Program-made: the position numbers and the translations under genes | Shown here: positions 37,505-51,903 of the stretch, one piece after another | Layout of the letters: every line of letters begins with the position of its first letter | How positions within the stretch are numbered: the stretch's first letter is position 1 | Assembly: GCF_009834535.1 (NCBI RefSeq) | Contig: NC_045697.1 | Span: 39,124,001-39,188,000 of the forward strand | Length of the DNA stretch: 64,000 bases | Direction: 5' to 3' | From: Camelus ferus | Lineage: Eukaryota | The notes under the pieces: generated by a model | The model's input: the letters and a program-made list of their open reading frames with translations, nothing else | What the model was told of the DNA's origin: nothing | Database searches by the model: none

Positions 37505-38384
37505 TATTTTTATATAGCTCTATATACGCCATATGCCATACTTTAACATATTGGTGATTACTGATATATTAAGATACGTTGGTGGTTAGAATTCCTTTTG
37601 TGGCACTTCTGCCATACCATGTGCTTGTGCACATGCATACACACACACACACAAGTACCTTTTCTGGAAATCAAACCTGCTTAGGTCTGCTCACATAAAA
37701 TTGTGTAAGTGAGTTCATTACTAAAGCATGTGTGTGCTAGTCTCAACCATATGCTGGCAAGATTTAGGAGCACTAGCTTAGGGGCTGTAGTTCTCCTGGC
37801 CAAGAAAAAAATCAATTGTGCAATAAGAATGCATAATATATCACAATGCAATGCCTTAATATCATAGATAACTTAATACATTTACACTTTAGGTGTTCCT
37901 TTTCAGATGTTCACATTATAGGGAATGCAAACTTTATTATATATTGGTGATATAATTTTGATACAAACATATACCAGATACTTCTATTTCACACTTCCAG
38001 ATCAATTCAGCTGAGGAGTATCTGCTATTTTAAAGTAATCTTTTTTAATGATGATCATTTACCCTTATAACTACTTACTTTCATGAATCCAGTATATACA
38101 ACTAAAAATGTAATAAGTTGTACATTGTTGCTGATAAAGTGCAGTGATTCTTAACCGTAAATAGATTTTATTAGCAAATTTGCCCTAACTAATGAGTTAA
38201 TACATTGATTTCAGTAATTGCGTTTATTACAAGTAAATACATACTTGAACTTACATATTACATTTATTAACCAAATACAACTTTCATATTTTATACATAA
38301 GTATTTCAGATGGTTTTCTTAGAGAAGTGGCAGATTCAAATGCTTTAAAAAATAAACAAAAACCTTGAGAATCTACTGATTTAC

Positions 38385-39040
38385 ATGACTGGAATTCAAC
38401 ATCTCTCAAATTTCTCCTCTCCTTTCCATCCTCATTACACACACTTTGCTTCTGTTCAACATGGTCTCCCCCACAAGCTATTCCAAAAATCCCTTAAGTG
38501 CTGATTTTGTCTCCAGGAATAACTACCAGCATTCCCGCTGCCCACTGCCACCTGAGTAATCCTTCTAAAACCCTGATGTGATCGTGTCACTCTACCAAGT
38601 ACAAACCTTCAGTGTTTCTCCATTGCCTCCAAGTTAGGTCTGAACTTGGTTAGCATGGCGTTCAAGACATTCAAGTTTCCTCTTCTAGATTTCCACCCCC
38701 AAGAATTCCTTCTGAGTCTCCTCAGCCTTTGCTTTGTGGGATTCCTCTCCATCACCATGACTGACTCAGGCCATTCCTCTACCTGGAATGTTTTGATCCC
38801 TCCTCTTTCTTCCTCAGGTATAACTAGAGAACACAAATTCATCCTTCAAAACCCTACTTAAGTGCAGCATCCTCTGATGCTTTCCTTTATATCCTCTTAA
38901 ACCCCTTTATTTATATGGGTCTGTTTCCCTTGCTAAACCACGAACTCTTTAGGAGCTGGGACTAGACTATATATACCTCAGTTTAGTATAGGAAGCACAG
39001 CAAATTATGCAATGCTTAGTATATGGTAGGTACTCAGTAT
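38385..39040 (+). mobile_element. L2 fragment
   Basis: gtaatccttctaaaa..ctgat..gtgtcactct...ccttcagtgtttctccattgcc...tggtaggtactcagta. Confidence 0.7.
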
Positions 39041-40359
39041 AGATTAAAGCAAGCTACATCATAATTCTCGAGTGTCTACTACTACTTCTTATGCAGGATA
39101 TTTAAAAATCAATTCTCAGTATAAAGCAGATTGAAATTTCTGTAATGGTACTTAACATAGTTACAAGCACATTATTACCAGGTAGTACCTAGGCTTCTCA
39201 GGAAACTAAAGGCACAGCACCTCCAAACAGAGGTAACTGCTTGCTACTTTTCAAACACACATGGTTGGCTATTGTTATGAGAAATATACATGGTAAGTAG
39301 ATTCTTCTAGGAGAGTCAGATTACCAGATCAAGACTTTAAGCGTGCAATTGGTATTTTAGTAAAGTTTTGTAGTGTGTGTGGAACTGTGTTTTTCCAGAA
39401 AACCAAACCTTCTTAGGAAAATAGATTTTTTTCAGATACATCTTAGGGAGTATGGGAAATGCCAGACATGTATGTAAATCAGTGCAATCATGTTTAAAAT
39501 TGGAGCTAACTGAGGTTTTTTTCCAAACCTCTTAGACTGCAAGTATAATGTTTGTCAGTTGCACATTTTGTAATCACTATATCTTAAAGCTCCGATTTAT
39601 GTGCAGGAGGGATGGTGGCAGACTTCTCTGCTTGGCTGTATTCTCCTTGGCATACTTCTTGTGGATATCAACTGTTAGGAACCCTAATTCTCTTAGTTAG
39701 TAAATCTCTAACTAAATAGGCTAATTAGGAGAAATAATATATTAATGGTCTGCAGCCACGTCAAGCCAAAATAATTCTCCTGTCCTTCCATTAGGCAGGA
39801 AGGGAAGAGGGAGCAGGAGCTGAATTTAGTATTCCTTGTTGCCCACTAAGATTAAGGTTTGGCATCAAAATGTCTCAAGTTTGGCTTGACTCTGAGGGCT
39901 ATTAGGTTTAAATGCTTTTCTTCTGGGGACCTAGCTTTCTAGTTCAGCACAGAGGACTACTCTGCAAGCATACAGGACTGCTTCTGAAAGCACCACTGGC
40001 CATTTTAGGGAATGAGGAAGACTGTACTGACCAGAAGCTGTCTCCACACGTTGTAGGTAGAATGAAAGGAATACTGCAGAAAGCTCATTGCGGAATTGGT
40101 GGAGGAACTCTGCCCGCCTCCAAAAAAATGAGAGCATGCTGGAGTAACATTTGATTTTAGGAGGATGAGGCAAATGAGCTGCAGGACTTCATTTTGGTTC
40201 CTAGAGGATTAGTTAGTGGAAATGCCTCCCAAGAGACTCCTTCTCTGTCCTTTGCTGGAGCGGTGGAACTTGGAACTCGGAGTAACTGAGGAATCTCTGC
40301 TGGGTCACGTGGCTACCGAGAAGGCATATGATGCTGAGCATGTGATTTAATCTCTCATT

Positions 40360-42160
40360 GCCTTTACTCCCTATCTGAAAAGAGCAGAACATTCTGCATA
40401 GGTATGTTAGAGTTAAATAAATCAATACTCATAAAACACATAGAACAAAGAAGGGCCAAGATGGCAGAGTAGAAGGACGCTCGTAGCTCACCCTGGCCCA
40501 CAAGTACACCAAGAGTGACACCCACAGACCCACTCATCAAACCAGAGCACCTGCTGAACTTTGACAGAACATTACCTTCTTCAAAAGACAAAATACACCA
40601 CTAATCTGGTAGGAGAAAAGGAGAAAAGAAGGAAGAAAAAGGAAAGTAGTGCAGGACCCGTCCCATGGGGAGGGAGCAGCAAAGGAGGAACAGTGCTTGA
40701 TCGCTGGGTCTTCCCCTCTCCAACAGAGAGGTCAGCTGGATGGAGGGGGAACTTCCGAGGCTCGGATCTTACAGAATAGCCCTTGACCAACAGAACTAAG
40801 TTAAATGGGCATAAAGAGTCCCCACTACTACTAGCCCTGGCCGCGAACCGGCAGGTATGGGACAGGACAGACTGCCCGAGCCGGGCTGAGGACTTGGGCC
40901 GGCTGTACAGAAGCAACCTTGGGGGACTGCAGTGTGCCGTGCGCCATTGCTGGGAGGGTATACAGAGCAGAACAACCTGGGTCTCCCATAAAACGCAACA
41001 ACAACAACAAAAAAAAAAGCAAAGCAACCCTGCTGGTGTGCCCTGGGGGGAGGGGCGCCATAGCCTTTATCTCCACAGACCATGGCACCATTACTGGCAT
41101 GTTCTTGGGGAAGAGAGGCAGGGCTCAACCACAGCCGCCTTATCCTCCTGTCCGCAGCTCCCAGATGGAGGTGGGGTCAAAACCTGAATCTGTACCTGGG
41201 GGCTCTGCAACCTCATAGACGGGACTGAGCCTTGTTTACAGCCCCAGGCGGATAGGAACATTCTGCCCTGGTGCCTCTGTGAACTCTCACCTCTAAGACA
41301 AATGAACAAGGAGCAGAGTTCCGGCATAGAGCAGGGGTGAGGGCTGGTTGGCCGTTTTCTCCGAGCTGCCTAAGGAGCACGGACCCGACCTGGACCGGGG
41401 ATCTGCACGGAGCGGGAGAGCTACCCGCGCCCCTACCTTGCATGAGTCCGACTGCTGTGTAGGGAATGGGCACGACCCACCCGCCTACCAGCACTGGGAG
41501 CAGCAGAAACCAGGGGTGGGACCAGAGGGCCTCTGGAACCAGCGAGCAGAGTTCACACAGCAGGGCGGGGGTAGGAGCAGGGACAACCACAAAATAAAAT
41601 GGAGGCCCCATTCAATAGCCAGGGCAGTACTCAGCTCTAAAAAGTGACAGCATAATGCCATTTGCAGCAACATGGATGGTCCTGGAGAATGTCATTCTAA
41701 GTGAAGTAAGCCAGAAAGAGAAAGAAAAATAGCATATGATATCACTCATATGTGGAATCTAAAAAAATTAAAAAATGAAGACAAATGAACGTATATATAA
41801 AACAAACAGACTCACAGACATAGAATACAGACTTGTGGTTGCTACAGGGGAGGGAGTGGGAAGGGATAAACTGGGGGTTCGAGATTTGCAGATACTGACA
41901 GGTATATATAAAATAGACAAACAACTTTATATTGTACAGCACAGGGAAATATATTCAATATCCTGTACTAGCTCACAGTGAAAAAGAATATTAAAACAAA
42001 TATATGTATATTCATGTATGACTGAAGAATTGTACTGTACACCAGAAATTGACACAACATTGTAAACTGACTACAACTCAATTAAAAAAAATTAAACACA
42101 CACAAAAACACACATAGAACAGAGCCTGGTGCAAGTAAGTCCTCAATTAATTTTAGTTAC
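40360..42160 (+). mobile_element. MIR split by L1 derivative (40360-40447 and 42110-42160)
   Basis: atctgaaaa...ttaaataaat...taaaacacatagaaca | gagcctgg...gtaagtcctcaat reads as a continuous MIR 3' half. Confidence 0.7.
40448..42109 (+). mobile_element. Internally deleted L1: ~1.18-kb GC/CpG-rich 5'UTR joined at ~41627 to ORF2 C-terminal codons, 3'UTR and A-tail
   Basis: Starts ..ggccaagatggcagagtag (YY1-type L1 5' end). From tactcagc onward it matches the other L1 3' ends in the window. TSD acacatagaaca at 40436-40447 and 42110-42121. Confidence 0.88.
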
Positions 42161-43014
42161 TTTAAAAACTTCGAGAATATTCATACAAAACAGTTCAAAA
42201 TTAATCTCTAGCCAGGGATGCCCACAAGCTTCTGTTTTCGTTTTTTTTTTTTTTCCAGCCTTGCCCTTAGTATTTTACCATTATCACTTCAGCTGTATTT
42301 TACATGTTTAGAGCTGAAAGACAAAGTAACTATAAACAAGTTGCGTAGATCACAAATCTGGAGATTAGATTGATTACTCTTCTTGGAGGTCAGCCAGTTA
42401 AGGTTAAAATCATGACCAAAGCATTTCTTGTTGAAACTACATTCCTGCCCCTCAACTTAATTTTTTCTATAAAACACAGACCTGAAGGAGCTGTTGAATT
42501 ATCTGAAGGACTGAGTTGAAAGTCTCAACTTTTAATTCTCCCAATAGAATTCTTTACTACACACATGTCCCTTTATGGCTGACACCAGAGCCTTGCTCCA
42601 TAGGATGGCCAGCCAGCATCTCTTGCTTTGGGAAGACCCAACACTAATGTCCCATCAATTTGTAACATTATGACAGCAAAGCCATGACAGCTGTAAAGTT
42701 GCCCAGTGATGTAAATTGAAAAACACTTGCAAAAACTGGCAAGATAAGCTAGTCTCAGCAGCCATCTTGCAAAAGTTGGATATATCTATGAAACAAGATT
42801 ATCTCTCTTGCTTTAAAGAACATAGTATATTTATTTTTCTGTTATTTAGAAGGATTCTCAAAAGCAAAATGAAGTCAGTATTTGGGATTTCACTGGATAT
42901 TTTATTTGATAAATAAAATAAAACACAATTGCCTCCCAGATATTGTGTTATGTGCCAAATATAGTGTAGGAAGTAAAACAGACGTGCATCCTAACTTCAC
43001 AGAACTTCATCTAA

Positions 43015-43195
43015 GCATGTAGTTTCAGATTTTAGGTGCGTTAGAATTACTTAGGAAGCCTGTTTAAAATGTTGGCTCTCAGGACTTGGATTCTGATTCA
43101 GATCACCAGGAAAAAGCCCTGAAAACTGCATTTTTCACAGGTGCCCCAGGTGATGCTGATCTAGGTCATCCAAGAACCAGGCACTGAAAACTGGG
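43015..43195. mobile_element. MER5A-like element
   Basis: ttagaattacttagg...gattctgattcag...ctgcattttt.aca.gtgccccaggtgatgctgat. Confidence 0.75.
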
Positions 43196-45249
43196 GCAGT
43201 AGACAATCCAGGCAAACCTTGCTAAGAAAGTAAGGGTTTGTGATTGACATCTTTATAGTAGTAATTTGCAATAAAGGGACACAGTAGCTAAGTATCAGAC
43301 TTCTGTATCATCCTGCAAGCAGAGACAAAACATATCTGGAAATGGAGGGTGGGGGGAAAGATTCCATCTTACAGGGAAATTTTGCCTAAGATGCAAGCTT
43401 TGTCGTGGTTCAGGCTCTTCCAGGTGCCCCCTCTTCCATCTGTGACCAAGTCTCTCAGGACTCTCAGTACCTGTTCAGCCTCTTTCCCAAGCCCCTCTGC
43501 TACCAATCCAGCTGTTCAGAGAAAAAGCCAACTGAATCAACACGAGCTATATTTACCACAAGTGAAAGACTATCAGTACTTGAGATAGCAGCAGGGAATT
43601 CTGACATCTGGTGGCACCAGATGATTAAGAAAGGCATTTGGCAAATCAAAGTGGGTGATGCTTAGGAAAGACAGCTGCTTGGTGGGATCAGGATTGAGCC
43701 AAGCTGGGGAGAGAGAGAACTGTCTCAACTTGCCTGCCAATTTGCAAGACTTCTCCTTAAATCCCCCAAGGTGTTATCCTTACAGACAACTAACTCTATG
43801 AAGCAATTTGTATTACTGTACATTATTTTACATCAATAACTAGCATGTAAAAGTGAATATTCTTTCATAGATTGTCTTTCTTTGCCTGAAGATGAAAGAG
43901 GAGCATTTCTTAGCAATGCTGAGAAACTCTGGCTTTCATCAGTCAGGTTTCTTGTCGGAACTTCAGTTACTTGTCCACTTGGGGCAGGCGCCATAAACAA
44001 ATAATGTGACCAACGGAGGAGTGATTTTTAGCAAGGCAGCCTTCTCAGTTTCTTAGTACAGCAGCTTGCTCAAGGATCCTGAACGATCCAATGTGGAAAC
44101 AGAAATCCTGTAATTCTCCCTTTTGGGTTAATATTGATATCTCTGTTTGAAATGCTGATGGTACTTTCTCTGCGTGGGAAGCTCAAACAGCAGAGAACAG
44201 GGAAAAGGTCTGGAGTAAAGATCAAGGGGAAAAAAAAAACTTTTGTGGCAAGAGGACAGAAAATTTGCATCACAATAGTTATGAAGCAAGTTTCAGAGAC
44301 CCAGCTGATGGAGATGTGAGATTCAGCAGGAGGACCTTCAACCCCTGGCTGATGGGAAAAGGGAAGAGAGGTGGAGAAGGGGCTCCGTGTTTACTGACAC
44401 GACCTTAGGAGCTGTGTCCTTAGGATTTGCCTAGTCTTTGTCCTTGTATTTATTCATGCCTTTAGCAGGTATTTCGCTAACACGTCCACAATGTGCTTCA
44501 TTCAGTGCTTGGTGCTGGAGATATCAAAGGAAGCAAAGCAATAAACTCGTCCACCCTACCCTGCTTTTCCTGCCTTCCCCAAAACGAGCAGACTGTGCTG
44601 GTGATTCACTGCTTAGGACAAAGAGAAGAGGATGACTGTGATGCCACGGTCTCCCTGAAATCCTCTGACTTGTTCAGCCATCTTACCTTTTGTCTCTGTG
44701 TTAATTACTGAGAATTCACTTCAATAAGCTGCACTAAAACTCACCCATTTAAAAAAAAGCAGATTAGAACTATTAAATAATTATGAAACAATTTAATATA
44801 GCTTCAAGTACTTTAACTAAGGATATTTAATACTCTTAAAGACAGTTTCAACCTGAGTTTTCCCATCACCCAAATCACTTCCTGCCAGACAGTTAGTTAT
44901 TAGAGAAGAATATTCGATCTTCTAATGCCACTAATGTGTCAATAATGTGAAATTAATACATTTATAAAACATTCTAACGTGTCAGTGATAGGTAATTTTG
45001 AAATGCATGCTGTGCAAGAAAACATGTATTTTAAAGTTTGTCTCATCAGTGATGGTTCTTAACTATTTTAAATGAGTTCAAATACTCTTTCTTAGGTCTT
45101 GTTTACCATCTTTCATTGCTGCCTTCCATTGTGAACCTGTAGAATTTATTTGCAAGGTTATCTCAATAGAAGGAGAAATCTAGAAAGGCTTTATAGTCTA
45201 TCTCCTTGCACGTTATCTAAGTTCCATATTATCCCAATTCTCAGTTATT

Positions 45250-45460
45250 AGTAACAGTAACTACGATTTGCTAAATGCCAAAATGTGCTGGGCATCATGC
45301 TAGGTCTTGCATAAAGCATTTCCTCGTTATCACATGCAGCATTTCTGCCAAGTAGGTCTTATCCCATTTTCACAATCAACCAAGGCTTAGAGAGGAGGAG
45401 TTTATATAGCAAGTGAGCAAAAGTGACAGACCCAAGCCAGGACACAACTCCTATGTCTGC
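45250..45460 (-). mobile_element. MIR fragment
   Basis: tgtgctgggcatcatgctagg...atcccattttcaca...aggcttagagagg. Confidence 0.6.
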
Positions 45461-45656
45461 TCCCCCCCACCCCAGGCCACTACCCCAGCACCTCATTAAA
45501 GTCTTCTAGTAGTTTTCAAGGACATGAGTAATTTTTGTAAATGTCCCAAAGCCATAAAAGCCATAAAGAACCTGTAGTCTCTGTTTGTCATGTATAGAAA
45601 TAGACATGGATATGGATAATTAATCTGTTCATTTTAGTATTCAAATTCTTTATAGG

Positions 45657-46684
45657 TGATGGGATTAAAATGCAGCATCGTGGCATATTGAATATTTTAA
45701 GCTGAAGGGATTTGAGAAAACAGCAGAAGCAGGAAGGTTACTCTGACTTCCCCCCTCAACCCACTCACCCCTTCTCCTCTGACACAGATCATAAATCGTC
45801 ATGTGAGAGATGCCCTCCTTGTACCCAGAGGAAAGAAGCATCCTTATCTCCAAAGACAGGGGTCTGCCAAGAAGAATGCACACAAACAGGCCTTGCTAAG
45901 TTTCCCCAGTTTACCACACTTATCTCACATTCCTTAACCTCTCATACTCCTCCATAACCTTCTACTCTTTTTAAAATTTAAGTATAGTTGATTTACAATG
46001 TGTTAGTTTCTGGTGTACAGCATACTGATTCAGCTATACATTATAATTCTTTTTCATATGCTTTTTTGTTATAGGTTATCATAAGTTATTGAATATAGTT
46101 CCCTGTGCTATACAGTAGGTCCCTGTTGTCTATTTTATATATAGTAGTTAGTATCTGCTTATTCCAAACTCTTCATTTATCCCTCCTCCCTTTCCTGTTT
46201 GGTAACCATAAGTTTGTTTCCTATGGCTGTGAGTCTATTTCCATTTTGTAAATAAGTTCACTTGTACCATTTTTTTTAGATTCCACATACAAGTGATATC
46301 ATATGATATTTGTTTTTCTCTGTCTGACTTAGTTCACTTAGTATGATGATCTCCAGGTCCATCCATGTTGCTGCAAATGGCATTATCTCATTCTTTTTTT
46401 TATGGCCGAGTAGTATTCCAATGTGTAAATATACCACAACCTCTTTATCTAGTCATCTGTCAATGGACATTTAGGTTGTTTCCATACATGACCTCCTGCT
46501 CCTCATGAAATCTTGCACAAAAATATCCAGACCTAACTGTTTCTTTAGGTCTTCATGTGTCACATAAAACTTATGTTAAATACATATATATCATCTTTTC
46601 CTGTTAATCTATCTCTGTCAGTTTAATTTGCAGACCTAGCCAGAAACCCTAATGGGGTTGAGGAAAATTTTTTCCTCTCCTACA
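45657..46684 (+). mobile_element. MER34-like solo LTR split by L1 (45657-45967 and 46487-46684)
   Basis: tggcatattgaatattttaagctgaag...gcaggaagg..actctgac; 3' part ttttcctgttaatctatct...ttttcctctcctaca. Confidence 0.8.
45968..46486 (-). mobile_element. 5'-truncated L1 3' end
   Basis: aagtatagttgatttacaatg...ccatccatgttgctgcaaatggcatt. Degenerate TSD cataaccttctactc / catgacctcctgctc. Confidence 0.9.
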
Positions 46685-47049
46685 CATGTTTATGTATTCT
46701 TTGGCTATTGAATTTGGTTTCTCAAATTCTCCCAAAAGATAAAAAGTACTTGTTAAGCTCATTTGATCTAAAAATGCAAAACTTTTTCAGCTCAGAATTC
46801 TTTTTCTTCCTGCTGTTTTTTTGAGTTATTGCTTCCCCTCCATCTGTTCCCTTTTTTCTCCCTTTAAACTTACTGTTTGCATATTAAATGCTGGAATCCA
46901 GCTACCTTTTATCTTTTAAACATGATTCCCATTTCTTGGTATTTTTGCTCCCTATTATGAGGTTGTACATCAATTTGATCTTCTAGATTATTACTTCACC
47001 TCAGCGAGGTCCATTCTCTTTTGCATTTTCTCTGTTGTTTTTTAATCAC

Positions 47050-48890
47050 ATATGCATTCAGCAGGTATTAAGTATGTATAGTGGTCCTGGCACTAGTCTA
47101 GGCCCTTGGGGCCTATGAATGAATGACATAAAACAGATAACTCTCCCTACCTATGCAGAGGTTATAATTTAGTGAGGAGAGACATGACATCAATAGTACA
47201 CAAAATAATTAATTATATAACATATTAGAAAGTGATAAATGCAATAGAAGAGAAGGAAGCATAAAGTAGGGTAAGGGAGGTTATGAATGCAGGAAGCTGG
47301 GAGCAGATGGCTCTTTTAATAAGCAGAGTGGCCTCATTGAGAGAGTGATAGTTGAGCAGTGATGTGAAGGAGGTGAGGTAGTTAGCTACACTGATATCAG
47401 GGGAGAGCTTTGTAGGCAAAGAGAACAAAGGTAAACTGACTTTGAACTTAAGATGGGACAGTGTCTAGTGTGGGTTCCAATATGGTTGGAGCAGAATAAG
47501 CAATGGGAAGTGTAACAAGAAATGAAATTAGAAAAAAATGGAGAAAAGAATAGTGGATAGTGTCGTGTATTATCTGAGACCTTGTAGCCCTCTCTGGTGG
47601 CTTCTATTCTCAGTGAAACAGGAAGATATTGCAGGATTTTGAGTGGAGGGCTCATATGACATGACGTGTTTAACAGGCTCACTCCGTCTACCCTGTTGAA
47701 AAGGGAAAAGGAGTCAGGTATTGAAAGCGGGAGACCCATAGGAAGGGTATTTCAGTAATTTGGATGAAAGAAGATGGGAACTGGGACCACTGGCGAAGGT
47801 GAGACATGGATATATTCTGAAGACAAAACCCACACAAAGCCCTGGCAGACTGACTGTGGAGTGTATGAGAGAAAGAGAGGAGTCAGGTAGGACTCCAAGA
47901 TTTTTGGCCTGAACAATTAGAAAAATGAAGTTGTTGTTAACTAAGATGTGAAAGTCTGCATACATTTTAGGGAAGAACAAGAATTCAATTTTAGACATAC
48001 TGAGTTTAAAATGCCTACTGAATATCTAAATGGAGATGTCAAGTTGGCAATTGAATATTATGCTAGTCTTCTATCACTGCTGTAACAAATTACCACAACT
48101 TAGTAGTTTAAAACAACACATACATATTTTCTTACAGTTCTGTAGCTCAGAAGTCCAGCATGGGTCTTCTAGGGTTAACATCAGGGTACTGGCAGGGCTG
48201 TCTTTCTTTCTGGAGGCTCTAGGTGAAAATCTGCTTTCTGCTGATTTGTTGTAGGCAGGAATTCAGCTCCTTGCAGTTGTAGGAGTGAAATTCCTGTCTA
48301 CTTGCTGGCTGTCTTCTGAGGGTCATTTCCAACTTCTAGAGGCCAGTCACAGTCCTTGGGTTATCTCTCCCTCCTTCCATCTTCAAAGCCAGCAAGGGTG
48401 GGTTGAGTCCTTCCCACTCCTGAAATCTTTCCTCTTCCTTCTTTCGCTTCGTCTCTCTGACATATTTCCTCTGCCTTCCTCTTAAACTTCTAAGGAGTCA
48501 TGCAATTACATTGAACCCACCTGGACAATCCAGGATAATCTCCTCATCTGAAGGTTCTTAACCTTAATTACATCCACAAAGTTCCTCTCGCTGTGTAAGG
48601 CAGTATATTTACAGGTTCTTGAGATTAAGGCATGGACATCTTTGGGAGGGCATTATTCTGCTTACAGAATATATCTTACTATTTATATATCTGGGATTCA
48701 GGAGCGAGGTTTAGGCTGAGGATATAAATTTGAGAGTAGAGGGAATATAGATGAGTCACATAGCAGAGTAAGTTTAGATGGATAAGACAAAGGTTTGAGC
48801 TCTGGGAGAAGAGAGGAATCCATCAAAAAAGACAAAAAGAAGTTAATAAAGTAGAAGGATAAATAAGAGAGTGTGATTTCGTAGAAGTCA
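47050..48890 (-). mobile_element. L2 (47050-48059, 48668-48890) split by MLT1
   Basis: gactccaagatttttggcctgaacaattag...ttttagacatactgagttt..atgcct. Resumes at atctgggattcaggag.gaggt..aggctg. Confidence 0.8.
48060..48667 (-). mobile_element. MaLR LTR (MLT1D/E-like)
   Basis: gctgtaacaaattaccacaacttagtagtttaaaacaaca...caatccaggataatctcc...ggacatctttggg. Confidence 0.85.
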
Positions 48891-50054
48891 AGTTTTTTGT
48901 AATTGCAAAAAGTTCTTTTTGTTTCCTCTCAGAAATCTTACCTCCTTTAGAATTTCCCTTTCTTTAGCTCAGTGTGCTTCTTTAACCTGTTAATTCTGCT
49001 TTAGTATCAGCCCTCTATCCTGATAGTGTGTTTGCTCTTCCCCCATTAAGTTATTTAGCCTCTTAAGAAATCTGGGCCATTTCTTTGCCTCATTATGTCA
49101 GGGCACATGGTTACTTCAACACCTGTGAAGAATCCAGAAATGGATTTGCAGGTAATGCAGTTAAAGTAAAAGTTTATTTTCCATTGGAAAGACAAGTAGG
49201 CAAACTGAGGTCTCTCTTGAGGTGTGAAGGTGATGTTCAAGTTACTCTGGGTATGAAGGATGAGTTATCATGTAATCCTATGAAAGAAGATCAGTTTAAC
49301 TTAACAATGCAATTGCCCCTGTAAAGCTGCCAGCATCTCCAGGATTATTAGGCCTTCCCCAGGAATGACTCTATAGAGTAATAATTCTGTTCTGGCTTCA
49401 GAAGTGAATTAAGCCACCCATTTGCTAGATGGCCCCTCTGGAATGTTACTAGTCCTTGCCCCAGATTCTGCTGGAAAGGCAAGTCTCCTCTAAAGTTCAG
49501 GGACTCCCGTTATCTCTTTAATCAGTATAAACAATTTGACCCAACATATATTTCTTCTCTTCAGGATGCTAAGGAAATTAAACTCAGCTTCAGCTCCACT
49601 ACTAAACCAGCCTTAAGTCAGCCAAGCAGGGAGCTGAGAAGGAAGAAAGATCACAGATAAGCATACAGGCTACCATTCAGCTTGTAGTTTTAAAATAACA
49701 CCTTTTCTGGTCTCATTAAAGTATTCAAAAAACTTCATCTCCAGCACAACAGTCTTACTACATCTGAAAAAAATGCAGAGAATTTCTTCTTTAGTATGGT
49801 CCTCAGACAAATCTCAGAATCCAAACCACCTAGGATTGATTGAGGACACAGATCTTCAGAGACATGTGGCACCCAGTTATGGTAGAACATCCAGGATGCC
49901 TGAGAATGGACTTCCCACACCCCTAGCTCCAGAAGGAGCACTCAGCTATGCCCTGGGTTTTTCTCTATGCTTGGACCTGGCCAGCAGGCAGACCCTTCAC
50001 CAGAGTCCTCTGAAACAATGAATTGGGGACTGAAAATGGCGAAGGAGAGTCTTC

Positions 50055-50577
50055 TCAAGGGAAGGGGGAAATTATTTCTGAATTCTTGACTGAGACTCCT
50101 ATAATAAAAAGAGATATTAACATAGAGAAAAACAAACAGAAGTTTATTAACATGTGTACCTCAGGTATACATGAAAGATACCCAGGGAAAAATGAGTAAC
50201 TCTCCAAAGTAGCTTGGAACTCCAGCTTAAACACCATCTTCAAATAAAAACAAAAAGAGAGAGGTGTTGGGAGAGGCCAGTTATGAAGAGTTTACCAGGA
50301 AAAGCACCAGTAAATAAGTGTCAGGTTTATTATGCAGATTTAAGTTGGAGCCTTCTCCATTAATAAGATTCTCTCATGATTTAGTCATCCTTCCCTTCCT
50401 GATACACAGAGGGAAACACCCTTACAAATGGGGGTTTCCTTTATAAATATAAATTTTCTTTACAAAAAGGGAACTTCTACTTTTTTCCCCCAGAGCTTAT
50501 CCTTTGTCTGCTGTTGCTCAAAATAATCCTAATGCCAAAGAGGCATATCTGAGGGTGGCATATTCTGCTACCTGACA
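50055..50577 (-). mobile_element. MER34/MER39-like solo LTR
   Basis: ctcaaaataatcctaatgccaaagaggcatat..gggtggcatattctg. Similar to the other MER34-like LTRs in the window. Confidence 0.75.
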
Positions 50578-51861
50578 TATCTTCACTGCACATCAGCACC
50601 TGTGTCCCAGATCAGGACCCTGAGGAAGCCTGGGAAGCTGATCTCCACCAGAAAAGACAATGTATTTCTTTTAATTTGTATGGAAATCTCCACACAAAGT
50701 TTCTGTGTTCTTTCCCATTAAACAAACATACACACAATTTCCTCTAATGTACTTTTATTTCCTCTAATTGTACATTTAGATCTTTTCCATTAATCCCAGT
50801 CTAATTGTGATGCCCATAATGCAGGGCAAGTTCAGGTTTTGTAGGGCCTGAAACTAGTATAATGAGGGGAGGAACTGGGCTCTCTAAGAAAATGTTAGAA
50901 GACTCAGACCTTTATATTCTAACATTTCTTTAAGGCAATTTACCAGAAATGCTTACATAGAAATTCTTCCTGGTGACACCCTGACTTCCCCTCCCCATCT
51001 AGAACATTCTATAACTCTAAACACTCCCAGCACTCAAACATTTAAACTTCGTGTTACATCCTCCTCTGCAATTTGTGATTGCTTCTGGCCCAATTTATCC
51101 ATGATTCTTCATATTGTAAGCTATTTTCTACCTTGGAGTCTCCCATGGCTAAAAGGTTAATTTTAAAAACTCAAATTACTTTATTTGTTCTTGATTTTTG
51201 GCGTTGTTGATGGGTAGCTTATCAATACCCAGTTGACAGAACATAAGAGATTAAACATCCCATGGTATTGTAATTTTTAAGATTTTTTTGGTGGGGGTTA
51301 CTCACTGACCCATATGAACAACTTCAGGCTGTTTGTCTTATTCATCTCTGAATATCTAGAACAAAACAACATGCCTGGCATAGACGTTAAATAATTTTTT
51401 GGGATAAGTGGTAAGAAGGATTGATTCCAATATATATTTCTTATTGCTTTACATAATGATAAAATCACAGAGAACTGAAGTGGTAGAACAGACACACCTG
51501 GTTGCGAAGAGCCTGCTGAGATTCCACTTACGAGAAATAAGGAGTAAACCATAGCAGACTTTCCTTCTGCATTATTACTAAGTGAAAATTTAAAATAACT
51601 TCTTTCTATATGTTTCCCTATTATTAAAATCAGCATTTTATAGGAATTTTACTTGCTGGCCTTTGATTTTTCAGCAAACAGAAAACAAAATGATGTCTTG
51701 TTCAATCTCTCAATTTTAGTCTCTTGTAGCAGTATTTTCTTAGACTGGGAGGTGCAGCTTCTCATCATACTTGGATTATTGTACTGTTCTTTTGCTTTTT
51801 ATATATTAACATCTCTTATATACTTCCACAATATTAGCAAAATATTATTGAAGTCGATTTT

Positions 51862-51866
<5 letters not shown>

Positions 51867-51900
<34 letters not shown>
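51867..51900. repeat. (GT)n microsatellite
   Basis: Seen directly. Confidence 0.97.

Positions 51901-51903
<3 letters not shown>

Noticed and set aside
40561..41673. Cluster of overlapping ORFs / CpG-island gene promoter
   Set aside because: Lies wholly within the TSD-bounded L1 5'UTR. GC richness explains the open frames.
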